From: Deltaproteobacteria bacterium
GTDB taxonomy: Bacteria > Myxococcota_A > Polyangia > Fen-1088
NCBI GenBank assembly: GCA_033763315.1
Contig: JANRKS010000023.1
Coordinates: 1 to 64,000 of the forward strand
DNA length: 64,000 nt
Reading direction: 5' to 3'
Part shown: positions 48,935-59,997 of the stretch, piece by piece
How positions within the stretch are numbered: the stretch's first letter is position 1
How the letters are laid out: each line of letters starts with the position of its first letter
Program-made: the position numbers and the translations under genes
The notes under the pieces: generated by a model
What the model was told of the DNA's origin: nothing
Seen by the model: the letters and a program-made list of their open reading frames with translations, nothing else
Database searches by the model: none

Positions 48935-50387
48935 CCGACGCCTCTTCGCCCGTTGTCGCTGTGCCGCCGCGCAAACCGTTGTTGCGGCGCAAGTACACGA
49001 ACACCGTTTGCACGATCGATAGCACTGGCACAGCAAACAAAGCGCCGATGAGGCCATACGTGTGTTCACCGGCCACCAGCGCAAACACCACCAATACGGG
49101 GTGAATGCGGGCAGCGGTGCCCAAGATCTTGGGGTTCAAGAAGTTTGCTTCAAGGAGGTGAATCATCACGATCCAGCCCACGAGATAAAGGCCCACCATC
49201 GGATCGAATTCGCCTCCTGACACGATGGCAATGGCAACGATGGGCACGGAGGATAGAAAGGATCCGAAGATCGGGATCAGGCTCATGATCGCGGCTATGC
49301 CGCCCAAGAGCAGCGGGTACTTCACCTTAAAGATCAACAGACCAATGTACGTAAGGATGCCGTTGACCACACAGATGGTGAGCTGGCCGCGTATGACGCC
49401 TGAGAGGCCACGGTCGATCCCGCGCGCAATGCGGTCGTAATCGCGCCGATAATTTTCGGGCACAAGGGAACGGATGAAGCCGCGCACCCGTTGCAAATCA
49501 ATGAGGATGAAAGCGGCCAACATCAACACCAGTGTGAGTTTCCACAGGCCTCCCACGATCGCAGTCACGAACTTTTGGCCGTACTCGAGCGCCCGTCGGG
49601 TTTCATTCTCGGTGCCCTGCACCTTCTCTTCGAGCCACTTCTTGATCGAACGCTCCCAGCGTCCGCCGGTTACGTGATCGTTTTCACGCGGTCGCAAGGG
49701 CATCACCACGTAGGTGCCCTTGTCTTCACCGGGACGAATCTCAAGCGCCAAGCGATCTGCAAGCCCGCCAAGCTGCAACCTGTAACGTCCATCAGGCATC
49801 GGCTCGATGAACGTATCTTCAGGGACGCTGTTGGAAGGCACAGCCGCCGTGGCCGCGTTGTCTTCATCGCCAGCACCAAAATGGCGATCAACCCATGCGC
49901 CCACCTTGGGCAAATATTCGCCGTTGACCTTGGCGAACAACTCGGGTGCCTCACGGAACAAGCGGGCAAAATCACCCGAAAGGCGGGGCACAACGAACCC
50001 AATGCCCAGACCCAAGAAGCTTAGAATGACGATGTAAAGCGCGATTACGGCGGCGCCGCGAGGCACGCGTTTGCCAGCCACCTCGATGCGCGCCATGCGG
50101 TCCACGACGGGGGCCAACAAGTACGCCACGAGGATCGCAAACACGAACGGCAACGCGATCGTGCGGAACAAGTAAACGACGAAGAGGCAAAACAAGGCGA
50201 AGCCCCACAGCTTCGCAAAGCGCTTGAGCCAAGCGACCACACGCAATGAGCGAGAGGAATCGCGCCACGTGGGTGGAGGGTTTGATTGGTCATTCGTCGC
50301 ACTCACTTCAACGGCTCCTTCGGATCGTGATCTTCGAAAGGCAAACGCCCGAGGTCTTCGGGGAGACGGCGGCTTCTTGGTGGCCAT
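48921..50387 (-). CDS. AI-2E/PerM-family transporter
   Basis: PFVFAILVAYLLAPVVD, VIRGQL, LEANFLNPKILG and GLIGALFAVP. Confidence 0.93.
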   Translation of the reverse strand: MATKKPPSPRRPRAFAFRRSRSEGAVEVSATNDQSNPPPTWRDSSRSLRVVAWLKRFAKLWGFALFCLFVVYLFRTIALPFVFAILVAYLLAPVVDRMARIEVAGKRVPRGAAVIALYIVILSFLGLGIGFVVPRLSGDFARLFREAPELFAKVNGEYLPKVGAWVDRHFGAGDEDNAATAAVPSNSVPEDTFIEPMPDGRYRLQLGGLADRLALEIRPGEDKGTYVVMPLRPRENDHVTGGRWERSIKKWLEEKVQGTENETRRALEYGQKFVTAIVGGLWKLTLVLMLAAFILIDLQRVRGFIRSLVPENYRRDYDRIARGIDRGLSGVIRGQLTICVVNGILTYIGLLIFKVKYPLLLGGIAAIMSLIPIFGSFLSSVPIVAIAIVSGGEFDPMVGLYLVGWIVMIHLLEANFLNPKILGTAARIHPVLVVFALVAGEHTYGLIGALFAVPVLSIVQTVFVYLRRNNGLRGGTATTGEEASVNLP

Positions 50388-50427
50388 CGTCGTTCCCTTC
50401 TCCCCCGGGCGCTTTACCTAGAACGAA

Positions 50428-52152
50428 CTATTCGTCTTTTTTCTTCGCGGTGAGGCCCGCAAGCTTCTCGCGCATCACGTCGCCCAACGTTGCCGTGGGG
50501 ACGCCACCCGTGAAGCCCTGCACGTCGGCCAATTCTTCAGCGCGGCTGGCGCCACGGAAGGACAGGCCAATTTTGCGTTCAGCCGTATCCACCGAGATGA
50601 TCTCGGCCTTGAGCGTTGCGCCTGGGGCCACGAAGGTCTTGGCATCCTCCACGCGCTCGTCCGAGAACTCGGACACGTGGATGAGGCCTTCGACACCGCG
50701 TTCGATCTCGACGAAGGCGCCGAAGTCCAATACCTTGAGGACCTTGCACTCGACGATCTTGCCGGGCGCGTAGTCGTAAGGAATGCGATCCCATGGATCG
50801 GGAACCAGCTGCTTGATACCCAACGAAACCTTCGGCTTTTCGCCGTCGAATTCGATGTTGAGCACAACCGCTTCCACTTCCTCGCCCTTTTGGAAGAGCT
50901 CGGAGGGGTGCTTGACCCGTTGGGTCCAAGACAAGTCGGAGATGTGCACCAAGCCGTCGATGCCCTCTTCGATTTCCACGAAGATGCCGAAGTCGGCGAT
51001 GTTGCGGACGGTGCCGCGCACAACGGTTCCAGGAGGGTATTTCTCCTTGAGCGTGGCGAACGGATTGGGCTCAAGCTGCTTGATGCCCAAGCTGATGCGG
51101 TTTTGCGTGGGATCGATGTCCAACACAACCGCTTCCACCATATCGCCAATTGCGAACACCTTTGAGGGGTGCTTCACGCGGCGGGTCCATGACATTTCGG
51201 AGACGTGCACCAAACCTTCGATGCCCTGCTCGAGCTCGATGAAAGCGCCGTAATCCTTGAGCGACACAACTTTGCCGCGAACCACAGTGCCGGGCGGGTA
51301 TTTCTCGCCAGCGTTGGTCCATGGATCTTCGCTCATTTGCTTGAGGCCCAACGAAACGCGTTCGGTTTCGCTGTTGAACTTCAAGACCTTCACGCGAACG
51401 TGATCGCCCACCTGGAACAATTCAGAGGGATGCGTGACGCGGCCCCATGACATGTCCGTGATGTGAAGCAGGCCGTCGATGCCGCCCAAATCGATGAACG
51501 CGCCGTACTCGGTGAGGTTCTTGACAACGCCCTCAACGATCTGACCTTCTTTGATCCGGTCAAGCGTTTGCTCTTTGAGATCCGCGCGCTCTTTTTCAAG
51601 CAATACGCGACGAGAAAGCACGATGTTGCCGCGCTTCTTGTTGAACTTGATGACCTTGAAGCGGTGTTGCTGGCCAAGGTAGACGTCAAGGTTGCGCACG
51701 GGGCGCAAATCAACTTGAGAACCTGGCAAGAAGGCTTTAACGCCGCCGCGGATCGTGACGGACAAGCCGCCCTTCACGCGAGCGCTGATGGTGCCTTCGA
51801 TCAATTCATCCCGTTCACAGGCGGCGGAGATTTCATCCCACACCTTCAAACGATCGGCCTTTTCCTTTGAGAGGATGCACAGACCGTTTTCGTCTTCGCG
51901 TGCCTCTAAGAAAACATCAACCTCATCCCCTGCTTTGACGTCGCTCTTGCCTTCGGCGTCCGAGAACTCATGAAGTGGAATGGTGCCTTCGGACTTGTAC
52001 CCGATATCGACGACGACGAATTCTTTGCCAACCGCAATGACACGTCCTTTGACGATGTCACCCTCCTTAAGGTTGTCTTCTTTGAAGAAGTCTTCCAGCA
52101 TTGCTGCGAAGTTTTCTTCTTCGGGGAGGTTGAAGTCTTGAGTTGAAGCCAT
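50428..52152 (-). CDS. rpsA: 30S ribosomal protein S1
   Basis: VDIGYKSEG, AFLPGSQVD and repeated YGAFI/DGLLHI S1 domains (six). Confidence 0.98.
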   Translation of the reverse strand: MASTQDFNLPEEENFAAMLEDFFKEDNLKEGDIVKGRVIAVGKEFVVVDIGYKSEGTIPLHEFSDAEGKSDVKAGDEVDVFLEAREDENGLCILSKEKADRLKVWDEISAACERDELIEGTISARVKGGLSVTIRGGVKAFLPGSQVDLRPVRNLDVYLGQQHRFKVIKFNKKRGNIVLSRRVLLEKERADLKEQTLDRIKEGQIVEGVVKNLTEYGAFIDLGGIDGLLHITDMSWGRVTHPSELFQVGDHVRVKVLKFNSETERVSLGLKQMSEDPWTNAGEKYPPGTVVRGKVVSLKDYGAFIELEQGIEGLVHVSEMSWTRRVKHPSKVFAIGDMVEAVVLDIDPTQNRISLGIKQLEPNPFATLKEKYPPGTVVRGTVRNIADFGIFVEIEEGIDGLVHISDLSWTQRVKHPSELFQKGEEVEAVVLNIEFDGEKPKVSLGIKQLVPDPWDRIPYDYAPGKIVECKVLKVLDFGAFVEIERGVEGLIHVSEFSDERVEDAKTFVAPGATLKAEIISVDTAERKIGLSFRGASRAEELADVQGFTGGVPTATLGDVMREKLAGLTAKKKDE

Positions 52153-52284
52153 GCAGATCCTTCGAATGTAGAGCAAGGCCAAAGGCTTTGCCCTTTGCGT
52201 TCCTTGCCTTCCCTAAAGGTGGTTCGCTGCGCAAAAGTCATTCATCAAGGCCGCCGACCATCGGCGGACATGAGAGGGGCGCGA

Positions 52285-52313
52285 AAATTAGCGTTCCCGC
52301 CTATTAAAGTCAA
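52285..52313 (-). promoter_or_regulatory. sigma70-type promoter of rpsA
   Basis: TTGACT-17 nt-TAATTT followed by a GC-rich discriminator. Confidence 0.7.
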
Positions 52314-52344
52314 TGAACGGTTTAGCTGCGCCAGACGCGGCGCT

Positions 52345-53037
52345 TCAACCACCCCGGCTGCGCACGACTTTGACGAGCTGTGCCACGACCTGCTCGGGTC
52401 CGGCATGCCCGGTATCCACCTCCAACGCATCGTCGGCCTTCCTTAATGGGGCCACTGAACGCTGGCTGTCGCGCGCGTCCCGCTCTTCGATCTCTTTGAG
52501 GGTCTCTTCAACGGAGGCGGGGGTGCCTTTGGCGGCCAGTTCCGCGGCACGGCGTTCAGCCCGCACCCGGGCATCGGCCGTCAGATAAAACTTGGCTTGG
52601 GCCTGAGGAAAAACAACCGTGCCCGTGTCACGGCCCTCGGCCACCACGCGGCCACTGGCGCCCATGCGACGCTGAAGCCCCAACAGAGCGTCCCTCACGG
52701 ACGCGTGGGCCGATACCCGGGAGGCGCCTTGCGAGATCTCCGGCGTGCGGATCGCGGCTGTGACGTCGGTGCCGTTGGCGAACACGTGCACCCCACCCTG
52801 CCCAGGTGGCCCGGGTTCAAAGCGCAGGTCCATGGCCGCCGCCAAAGCCCCCAAGGGTTCGGCGTCATCCCACGCCACATTCTTCGTGCGCGCCAAGAAC
52901 GCAACGGTGCGGTAGATGGCGCCGGTATCCAGGAAAACGTAGCCCAACGCCTGCGCCAACATCCGGGCGGTGGTGGACTTTCCAGCCCCGGCTGGGCCGT
53001 CGATCGTGACAACGAAGGGGCTGGAGGTCGCGCTCAT
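52345..53037 (-). CDS. cmk: Cytidylate kinase
   Basis: TIDGPAGAGKST, LDTGAIYR and EGRDTGTVVFP; lies upstream of rpsA. Confidence 0.97.
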   Translation of the reverse strand: MSATSSPFVVTIDGPAGAGKSTTARMLAQALGYVFLDTGAIYRTVAFLARTKNVAWDDAEPLGALAAAMDLRFEPGPPGQGGVHVFANGTDVTAAIRTPEISQGASRVSAHASVRDALLGLQRRMGASGRVVAEGRDTGTVVFPQAQAKFYLTADARVRAERRAAELAAKGTPASVEETLKEIEERDARDSQRSVAPLRKADDALEVDTGHAGPEQVVAQLVKVVRSRGG

Positions 53038-53095
53038 CGCGCGGCAACGTAGCACGCTTTTCGGTATGGGGGCCACCTCGGTATAAAATGAAAAC

Positions 53096-54040
53096 GTGAG
53101 GAAATTTGAGTCTTTCGCGCCACGCAAACGAAACCGGCTTGCATCCACGGGGCTGCTGCTTGGCACCACCTTGGCCTGGGATTCCGCGTGCCGCCAACAA
53201 CAGCCCGCCGCTCGGCCGCTCCCGAACCTCACAGCAACGGCTCGATCGACCAGCGACGCAATCGTGGCAAAGGTCAACGGCGTGCCCGTTCATCAATCTG
53301 ATGTTGAGAACCAAGCGCGCGCCGAACGCGTCAGCCCCGCCGAGGCTCTGCAGACTTTGGTCACGTTGGAAGCGCTGACCCAGCGGGCGCTCGCGCGGCG
53401 ATTGGGCACGGGGAAAGAAGCGGAACAAGGCTGGCGCCAAATTCTGGTGCAGGCTTATGTGGAACGACAAATCGAGCCGCAGCTGACGCCCGACAAAATC
53501 CCCGATGCCGTTCTGAAGCAGGTCTACGAGCGAACCAAGGATGGCTACGTGCATTCACGGTTGGTTCGAATCGCGATTGTTGATCTCTACGCTTTCGCTG
53601 GACGAGATCCGAAAAAGCGCCGGCAAGCGGCCGTTTGGGCGGCCGAATTGCCTCAGGATCTCAAACCCGATGCCACGGTTGAGGACTTAAAGGCGCTCTC
53701 GCAACAACCAAAGTGGGCGGAGCGAGGGCTAAGCTACGGCGTCACTTGGCAATCGGACAAGCAGCCCTATTCGGCCGTGGTGGCACAAGCCGTGATGGCG
53801 CTACACAACTGGGGTGAACGCACGCCGGTCGTGGAGGATGACGCCGGGTTTCATCTCGCGATGTACTACGGCGAACGGGCCCCGAATCAGCAATCATTTG
53901 AGGACGTCAAGTCCGACCTGCGGGCCGCCATTTTTGCGCCTTGGCAGCAACGCCGATTTAACGAAATCACCCAGCAATTGGCTGCCCAAGCGGGCGTCGC
54001 GGTGACTGCCGAGGCATTGTTCCGGCAACCGCTGAAATAG
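53096..54040 (+). CDS. SurA/PrsA-like exported chaperone with a degenerate parvulin domain
   Basis: IVAKVNGVPV, TPVVEDDAGFHL and SFEDVKSDLR. Confidence 0.75.
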   Translation: MRKFESFAPRKRNRLASTGLLLGTTLAWDSACRQQQPAARPLPNLTATARSTSDAIVAKVNGVPVHQSDVENQARAERVSPAEALQTLVTLEALTQRALARRLGTGKEAEQGWRQILVQAYVERQIEPQLTPDKIPDAVLKQVYERTKDGYVHSRLVRIAIVDLYAFAGRDPKKRRQAAVWAAELPQDLKPDATVEDLKALSQQPKWAERGLSYGVTWQSDKQPYSAVVAQAVMALHNWGERTPVVEDDAGFHLAMYYGERAPNQQSFEDVKSDLRAAIFAPWQQRRFNEITQQLAAQAGVAVTAEALFRQPLK

Positions 54041-54098
54041 CAAACGCCGCCTGGCGCTCGCACAAACGAGGCCCCGGCGGCGTCGCAAACAAGGACGA

Positions 54099-54404
54099 TT
54101 AGCCTTTACGGAAACGCGACAGCGACGCGGGCAAAACGTCCAAAGCGGGAAATTTTTGGTCTGGGTGCAGCTTCTCAGCGCGTGCCAACAAAGCCGCCTC
54201 GGTTTCTTCGTGCTTTGGATCGGGCAAGCAGCACTCCACGGGGCATACCGCCTGGCACGCTTCGTGGTCGTGAAAGCCCACGCACTCGGTGCAAAGATTG
54301 GGGTCGATGACGTAGATGTCATCCCCTTCGCTGATCGCTTCGTTCGGGCACTCGGGTTCGCAAGCGCCGCAGTTGATGCATTCTTCGGTGATATGGGTGG
54401 CCAT
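54099..54404 (-). CDS. YfhL-family 2[4Fe-4S] ferredoxin
   Basis: CINCGACEPECP and CTECVG...CQAVCP. Confidence 0.95.
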   Translation of the reverse strand: MATHITEECINCGACEPECPNEAISEGDDIYVIDPNLCTECVGFHDHEACQAVCPVECCLPDPKHEETEAALLARAEKLHPDQKFPALDVLPASLSRFRKG

Positions 54405-54417
54405 GAAATTCCTGTGC

Positions 54418-54446
54418 AGTCTAGAAACGCGGGCGACGAAGGTCAA
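54418..54446 (-). promoter_or_regulatory. sigma70-type promoter of the ferredoxin gene
   Basis: TTGACC-17 nt-TAGACT, then AGGA and the ATG. Confidence 0.65.
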
Positions 54447-54471
54447 TCACCCAGGCGCCGTTGTCAACGAT

Positions 54472-57400
54472 TTAGGCCGATGTTTGCACAGCCTCGGGGG
54501 CCGTTTGGGGGCGGCTCTCGGTGGCGATGCGGGCCTTGCCGGTCTGCGACCCACGCAGGTTGACGGCCACCAATTTGGAAACGCCCGGCTCTTCCATGGT
54601 CACGCCGCACAAGCGGTCGGCAATTTCCATCGTGCGCTTGTTGTGCGTGATCACGATGAACTGCGAACGATCCGTCATTTCCCGGATGCCTTCGGAGAAA
54701 CGGCCCACGTTGGCTTCATCCAAGGGCGCGTCCACTTCGTCCAAAATGCAGAACGGCGACGGTTTAACCAAGAAGATGGCGAACAACAGCGAAACGGCCG
54801 TCAGCGCCTTTTCGCCGCCTGACAGCAGCTCGATGTTTTGGCTGATCTTCTTGCCGGGCGGGTTGGCGATGATGTCCACGCCCGTTTCCAACATGTCTTC
54901 GGTGTTGGTGAGGGAAAGCTTCGCTTTGCCACCACCGAACAGGTGTGGGAACACCTCTTGGAACTTTATGTTGACGGCGTCGAACACCTCTTGGAAGCGC
55001 AGGCGCGACGTTTTGTTGATCTTGTCGATCGCGGCTTCCAACTGCGACAACGCCGACTCGAGGTCGTCTTTTTGGCTGGTGAGGAAGTCGAAGCGCTTTT
55101 GCAGCGTTTCGGATTCTTCGATGGCCGTCAGGTTGATCTCACCCATGCGCTCGATCAGGCCGCGCAGCTGGTCCATGCGATCGGCTTCTTCGTCGCCCAC
55201 GGGGGGCCGCAGGTGATGATCGTAAACGATGTCCAGCAGCTGCACATCGCGGTAGCGGCCTTGGATTTGTTCCTCCAAAGACGTGCGCTTCAGGCGCGCC
55301 TCTTGTTGGCGTAACGACAGCGACGTCAGCATTTCCGTGAGCTGAGACACCCGCTGGCGCAACGCCCGCGTCTCGGCCTCTTTGCGCGCCAAAGTGCCGC
55401 TGCGCTCTTCAAGCGCGGACTGCCGTTCGGCGTGATCCCGTGCCCGCGCTTCGGCCTCAGCCATTTGCAACGATGCCTCCTCGCGCAACCGGACGGCGTC
55501 CTCGGCCAACACAGACGCTTTTTCGGCCTGTTCGCCGCCCGTGCTGGTCAAACGTTCCACGCGCAGTTCGTGCTCTTGCGTCTCCCGGCGCAGGCGCTCA
55601 AGCGTGGCTGTGGCGTTGGCTCGCTTCTCCATGGCCTGCGACGACGACACCTTCAGATCGCTTAACGCTTGAACCATACTGTCCAGGCGTTCGCCCAGAG
55701 CCAAGGCTTCGGCACGTCGGGTTTCGGCCTCGATCTCGGCTGATTCGGCGCGCACCCGCTCCTCTTCGAGAACCGCCAACAACTCTTCGGCGCGGATGGC
55801 CGCTTGCTCATCGGCCTTGCGCAGATCCTCAGTGGACGCTGCCAGGGTGCGGCGGCGGCCATTGAATTGCTCACGCTCGCGGCGCACGCGATCCAAGTCC
55901 TTGCCCACGCCCAAGCGTTCCATCTGCAGTTCTCGCTCTTGGGCGAGCAGGCCCTGCAGGCGTTCCACCACGGCGGCAAGCTGTTGCTTGAGCGACACGT
56001 GGCGTTCCATCGCGCCTTCAAAGTCGCGGTCGATGTTGGCGACCAGCTCTTCAAGCTCACGGATCTCGCGCTTTTGGCTCAAAATGCCGCTGGTGGCCGC
56101 CTCGCGGGCGCCGCCTGTGACCACACCTTGTGCGTCCAGGACCTCGCCTTCAAGCGTGACCAACGTAGCCTTCGTCTTCTGCTCACGCCACAAGCCCAGG
56201 GCGCGGTCCAATGTGTCGACGACGATCACGTCGCCCAGCAGATAGGAGGCCACCTTATCGTATTGGCGGTCGTATCCCACAAGCTCAAGCAAGGGGCCCG
56301 ATATGCCCTCGCCCGTTGGCCACACGGTGGTGCTGGCGGATGGCGACGACGATCCGCCACCCAAAGCGTCGTACATGACCTCGGCGGATGCGCCACCACG
56401 CAAGGTCATGGGAATGAAGCTGGAACGTCCCTCGCTTTTTTCTTTGAGATACGAGATGGCCTCGACGCCCACCTCGTGGGATTCCACAACGATGTTGCCC
56501 AGGCGATCACCCAAGACCGCTTCAACGGCGGTTTCGAGTTCGCGGGGGGGCTGCACGATGTCAGCCACAAGGCCGCGCACAGAGCCGCCCAGCGTCCACG
56601 GCTTGGCTTCGCCGACCGTGTCTTGGCCCGGCTCCGCACAGCGCTGCATAATCGCGCGCACGCCACGCTGGAAGCTCTCATAACGCGCGGAAATTTCGCG
56701 CAACGATTCCAAACGCGAACGCCGACGGTGCGCCTCTTCGCGCAACGTCTCAAGGTGCATCTCGGACCGCGAGATGTCTTCCTTCAGCTTGCCTTGCTCA
56801 ACCTCGGCCAGCTGCTTGCGCTCTTGCACGTCGCTGTGGGTGCTGGCGATGATGCTTTGCCGCTCTTCGAGCGACATCGCCTCAAGTTCAACTGTCTCAA
56901 CGAGCGAGCGCGCCTCTTCGTCCTCCACCGTCACAGCTTCGATTCGACGGGCGAAATCCACCCGGCGCGTTTGCGCGGCTTCAGCCTCTGATTCGGCGCG
57001 TGCGATGCGTGTGCGAGCCGCCGCGGCCGTGCGGCTGGCTTCTTCTAACCTCTGGCGAGCGGTGGCCAGTTCCGTGCGCAGACCTTCATAAAGCGCCTCT
57101 TGCTCGACATACGCGGATCGAGACGAATCCGCCGCTTCAGCCAACACCTCAAGTTGAATTTCGAGCTCGGCAATCGTCTCGGCGTTTTCTGCGATGCGTG
57201 CCCGCAGATCTTCCACTTCACGGCCAGCGCTGATGGATTGCTCCATCAAACGGCGCGCCTCGTCTTCGTAATGCTGCGCGCGCTGCAGGCCCAGTTGCGC
57301 CTTGTTTGAGATCTCGAACAGGGCGTCTTTGGCGGCGGAAAGCTCGGCGGCTTCGCCAGCCAAGGCCAGCCGTTCGGCTTCTGTATAGCCCTCTTCCACC

Positions 57401-58218
57401 GTTAACGCGCGCGCCTTGTCCTCGTGTTCGCCGCCCAACTCTTCGCGGTGCGCAGAAATGGTCTTGTCTTCGGCCCACAGGCCCAAGAAGCGATGGGAAG
57501 CCTCCCACAACTCAAGGTCGCGCAGCTCCGCTTTGTATTTCTTATAACGCTCGGCTTTTTGCGCTTGCAGGCGCAGCGTCCGCAGGCGTGAATCCAGCTC
57601 GCCGATGATGTCCGACACGCGCAGCAGGTGCTGTCGCGTGCTGTCCATGCGGCGCTCGGCTTGTTTCTTCTTCGCCTTGTATTTCGTGATGCCGGCCGCT
57701 TCATCGATCAGCGTGCGGCGGTCTTCGGGCTTGGACGAAACGATGAAACCCACGCGGCCTTGCTCGATGATCGAGTACGCCTTCGTGCCCACACCAGTGC
57801 CCAAGAAGAAGTCCACGATGTCGCGCAAACGGCAGGGCACGCCGCCCAGCAAGTATTCGCTTGTGCCGTCGCGGTGGAGGCGACGGGTGATCATGATCTC
57901 TTCAGGGCTGGTCGCGCCCCAAGGCACGCCGCCCGGCGCCGATTCGCTGGCAATGTGCCGTGCGTCGAAGGTCAGCGACACCTCAGCCAAGCCGGCAGGG
58001 CCCCGCGACTCAGAGCCGGCGAAGATGACGTCCTCCATGGCACGCCCACGCAGGTGCTTGGCGGATTGCTCGCCCATGCACCAACGGATCGCATCGACGA
58101 TGTTCGACTTGCCGCACCCGTTGGGGCCTACGATGGCCGTAATGGGGTCGGGGAACGTAACGATCGTGCGATCGACGAAGGACTTGAATCCCGTGATTTC
58201 GAGTTTTTTGATTTTCAT
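54472..58218 (-). CDS. smc: Chromosome segregation protein SMC
   Basis: GFKSF, Walker A GPNGCGKS, coiled coils, hinge, LSGGE and Walker B ILDEVD. Confidence 0.98.
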   Translation of the reverse strand: MKIKKLEITGFKSFVDRTIVTFPDPITAIVGPNGCGKSNIVDAIRWCMGEQSAKHLRGRAMEDVIFAGSESRGPAGLAEVSLTFDARHIASESAPGGVPWGATSPEEIMITRRLHRDGTSEYLLGGVPCRLRDIVDFFLGTGVGTKAYSIIEQGRVGFIVSSKPEDRRTLIDEAAGITKYKAKKKQAERRMDSTRQHLLRVSDIIGELDSRLRTLRLQAQKAERYKKYKAELRDLELWEASHRFLGLWAEDKTISAHREELGGEHEDKARALTVEEGYTEAERLALAGEAAELSAAKDALFEISNKAQLGLQRAQHYEDEARRLMEQSISAGREVEDLRARIAENAETIAELEIQLEVLAEAADSSRSAYVEQEALYEGLRTELATARQRLEEASRTAAAARTRIARAESEAEAAQTRRVDFARRIEAVTVEDEEARSLVETVELEAMSLEERQSIIASTHSDVQERKQLAEVEQGKLKEDISRSEMHLETLREEAHRRRSRLESLREISARYESFQRGVRAIMQRCAEPGQDTVGEAKPWTLGGSVRGLVADIVQPPRELETAVEAVLGDRLGNIVVESHEVGVEAISYLKEKSEGRSSFIPMTLRGGASAEVMYDALGGGSSSPSASTTVWPTGEGISGPLLELVGYDRQYDKVASYLLGDVIVVDTLDRALGLWREQKTKATLVTLEGEVLDAQGVVTGGAREAATSGILSQKREIRELEELVANIDRDFEGAMERHVSLKQQLAAVVERLQGLLAQERELQMERLGVGKDLDRVRREREQFNGRRRTLAASTEDLRKADEQAAIRAEELLAVLEEERVRAESAEIEAETRRAEALALGERLDSMVQALSDLKVSSSQAMEKRANATATLERLRRETQEHELRVERLTSTGGEQAEKASVLAEDAVRLREEASLQMAEAEARARDHAERQSALEERSGTLARKEAETRALRQRVSQLTEMLTSLSLRQQEARLKRTSLEEQIQGRYRDVQLLDIVYDHHLRPPVGDEEADRMDQLRGLIERMGEINLTAIEESETLQKRFDFLTSQKDDLESALSQLEAAIDKINKTSRLRFQEVFDAVNIKFQEVFPHLFGGGKAKLSLTNTEDMLETGVDIIANPPGKKISQNIELLSGGEKALTAVSLLFAIFLVKPSPFCILDEVDAPLDEANVGRFSEGIREMTDRSQFIVITHNKRTMEIADRLCGVTMEEPGVSKLVAVNLRGSQTGKARIATESRPQTAPEAVQTSA

Positions 58219-58522
58219 CGGGGCTCGCGGTTGGCTGTCCGAAGGGTTGCCGAAGGTTTACCAGAGGGCCGTGACCATACGTGACCATACCAGTCACGGC
58301 ATGACCTTAGGTACCATTGTATCCGGCAGGGTGTAAAGGCCGCAAACCGAGGCCAATCCGCGCCCGCGAGAAACCTGAACGTGCACGCAGACTTGCGCGA
58401 TCCAGAAAAAACACAGGCCCGGGCGGCGCCCGGTATGAAAAGCGATTGGCGCACCATTTCAATGGGCAAAAGCATAGCGGATTGCCCCATTGCCAGCCGC
58501 TTTGCTATTTTGGCGGCGCACT

Positions 58523-59794
58523 ATGGACGCCCAATCGACTGATCTTATATCGCTAGCTGTTGTCGCGGCCGGTTTGGTTGGCTCTGGATCGGCTGCCTAC
58601 TTCGTGGCGAAGCGGGCACGCCAGCGGCGCCGCGAACAGATCGAAGCGTCCGAGCCAAAGTCGGTTCAGAAGCGTCGGCCAGCGTTAAGCGATCTTTTAG
58701 ATGAAGAAGAGCCTCAGGCGGCCAAGCCCGAGGCAGACGCATCCAAGGCGCCGGCCCAGCGGGAGTCTCAAGCACCATTTGAGGCGGAGCCCGCAATCAA
58801 GGGCAAAACGGCACCCGCCCCCCAGCTGTCCCAGGCCAAACCCGAACCGAAAGTTGAGGAGGCAAAGGCGGCCCTCAAGCAAGGGCTCGCCCGCACGCGT
58901 TCGGGGTGGGTTGCCAAACTGGGCCAAATCTTTTCGGGTAAGAAAGAACTTAATCCCCAAGTTGTTGAGGAGCTTGAACGCGTCCTGCTCACCGCCGACA
59001 TTGGCGTAAAGACGGCCAACGCTTTGTTGGACGACATCCGCTCAAGCCTTTCGCGCAAAGAGCTGACCAGCAACGACGCCGTGTGGACTCGCTTGAAGGA
59101 GCGCACGTCAGAAATCCTGACCATTGAGTCGGCACCATTGGATCTCACCCGCGCCAAGCCGTTCGTGCTGCTGGTCATTGGCGTCAATGGCACCGGCAAG
59201 ACCACAACGATTGGGAAGCTGTCTGCCAAGTTGTCGCAGGAAGGCCACAAGGTCCTGCTTGCGGCGGGCGACACGTTCCGTGCCGCGGCCGTGGAACAAC
59301 TTGAGGTTTGGGGAGGCCGCACCGGTTGCCCGGTCGTCAAAGGCAAAGAAGGAGCAGACCCCTCGTCGGTGTTGTTCGAGGCCGTCAAACGCGCGCAAAC
59401 TGAAAACTTCGATGTGCTTATCGCGGACACCGCCGGCCGCTTGCACACAAAAACCGATTTGATGTCGGAGCTTGAGAAGGTGGGACGGGTCTTAAACAAG
59501 GCGATGGATGGCGCGCCTCATGAGACGTGGCTGGTGCTCGATTCAACGAGCGGCCAAAACGCAATCGCCCAGGCGCAGATCTTCACCCAAGCGATGAAAG
59601 TCTCTGGCATTGTGCTGACCAAGCTCGATGGCACCGCCAAGGGCGGGGTCATTTTGGGCATCACCGATCAGCTCAAAATTCCCATCCGCTATATTGGCGT
59701 GGGTGAGCGCGTGGAGGATCTGCGCACGTTTGATGTTGGTGAGTTTGTTGAAGCGCTGTACGAACGAGACGATAACGAACAAGTCAACGCTTAG
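58523..59794 (+). CDS. ftsY: SRP receptor FtsY with an N-terminal TM segment
   Basis: [25 protein letters not shown] and [10 protein letters not shown]. Confidence 0.97.
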   Translation: MDAQSTDLISLAVVAAGLVGSGSAAYFVAKRARQRRREQIEASEPKSVQKRRPALSDLLDEEEPQAAKPEADASKAPAQRESQAPFEAEPAIKGKTAPAPQLSQAKPEPKVEEAKAALKQGLARTRSGWVAKLGQIFSGKKELNPQVVEELERVLLTADIGVKTANALLDDIRSSLSRKELTSNDAVWTRLKERTSEILTIESAPLDLTRAKPFVLLVIGVNGTGKTTTIGKLSAKLSQEGHKVLLAAGDTFRAAAVEQLEVWGGRTGCPVVKGKEGADPSSVLFEAVKRAQTENFDVLIADTAGRLHTKTDLMSELEKVGRVLNKAMDGAPHETWLVLDSTSGQNAIAQAQIFTQAMKVSGIVLTKLDGTAKGGVILGITDQLKIPIRYIGVGERVEDLRTFDVGEFVEALYERDDNEQVNA

Positions 59795-59885
59795 CCCCAC
59801 TTCCCTTCGACGAGCATCCTGTGGCATTGTTCGTCAGGCGAGTTCCCACCCCGGCCATTTAAATTGTTTGAGTATCGGACGGGCG

Positions 59886-59894
59886 TGATATAGT
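59886..59894 (+). promoter_or_regulatory. Extended -10 promoter upstream of the beta-barrel pair
   Basis: TG-a-TATAGT about 100 nt upstream of ATG 59998. Confidence 0.5.
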
Positions 59895-59997
59895 GCGACT
59901 CCTTACGTTCGCCTTAACATAGTGAAATCGCTAGTATTTCTCGCCGCCAGGCATCCCCCGGTAACTCCAGGTATTCAGGACCCCACACAGGGAAAAC

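Noticed and set aside
59795-59997. SRP RNA or other ncRNA after ftsY
   Set aside because: No SRP helix-8 signature or tRNA-like fold was seen; the region reads as a promoter and leader.
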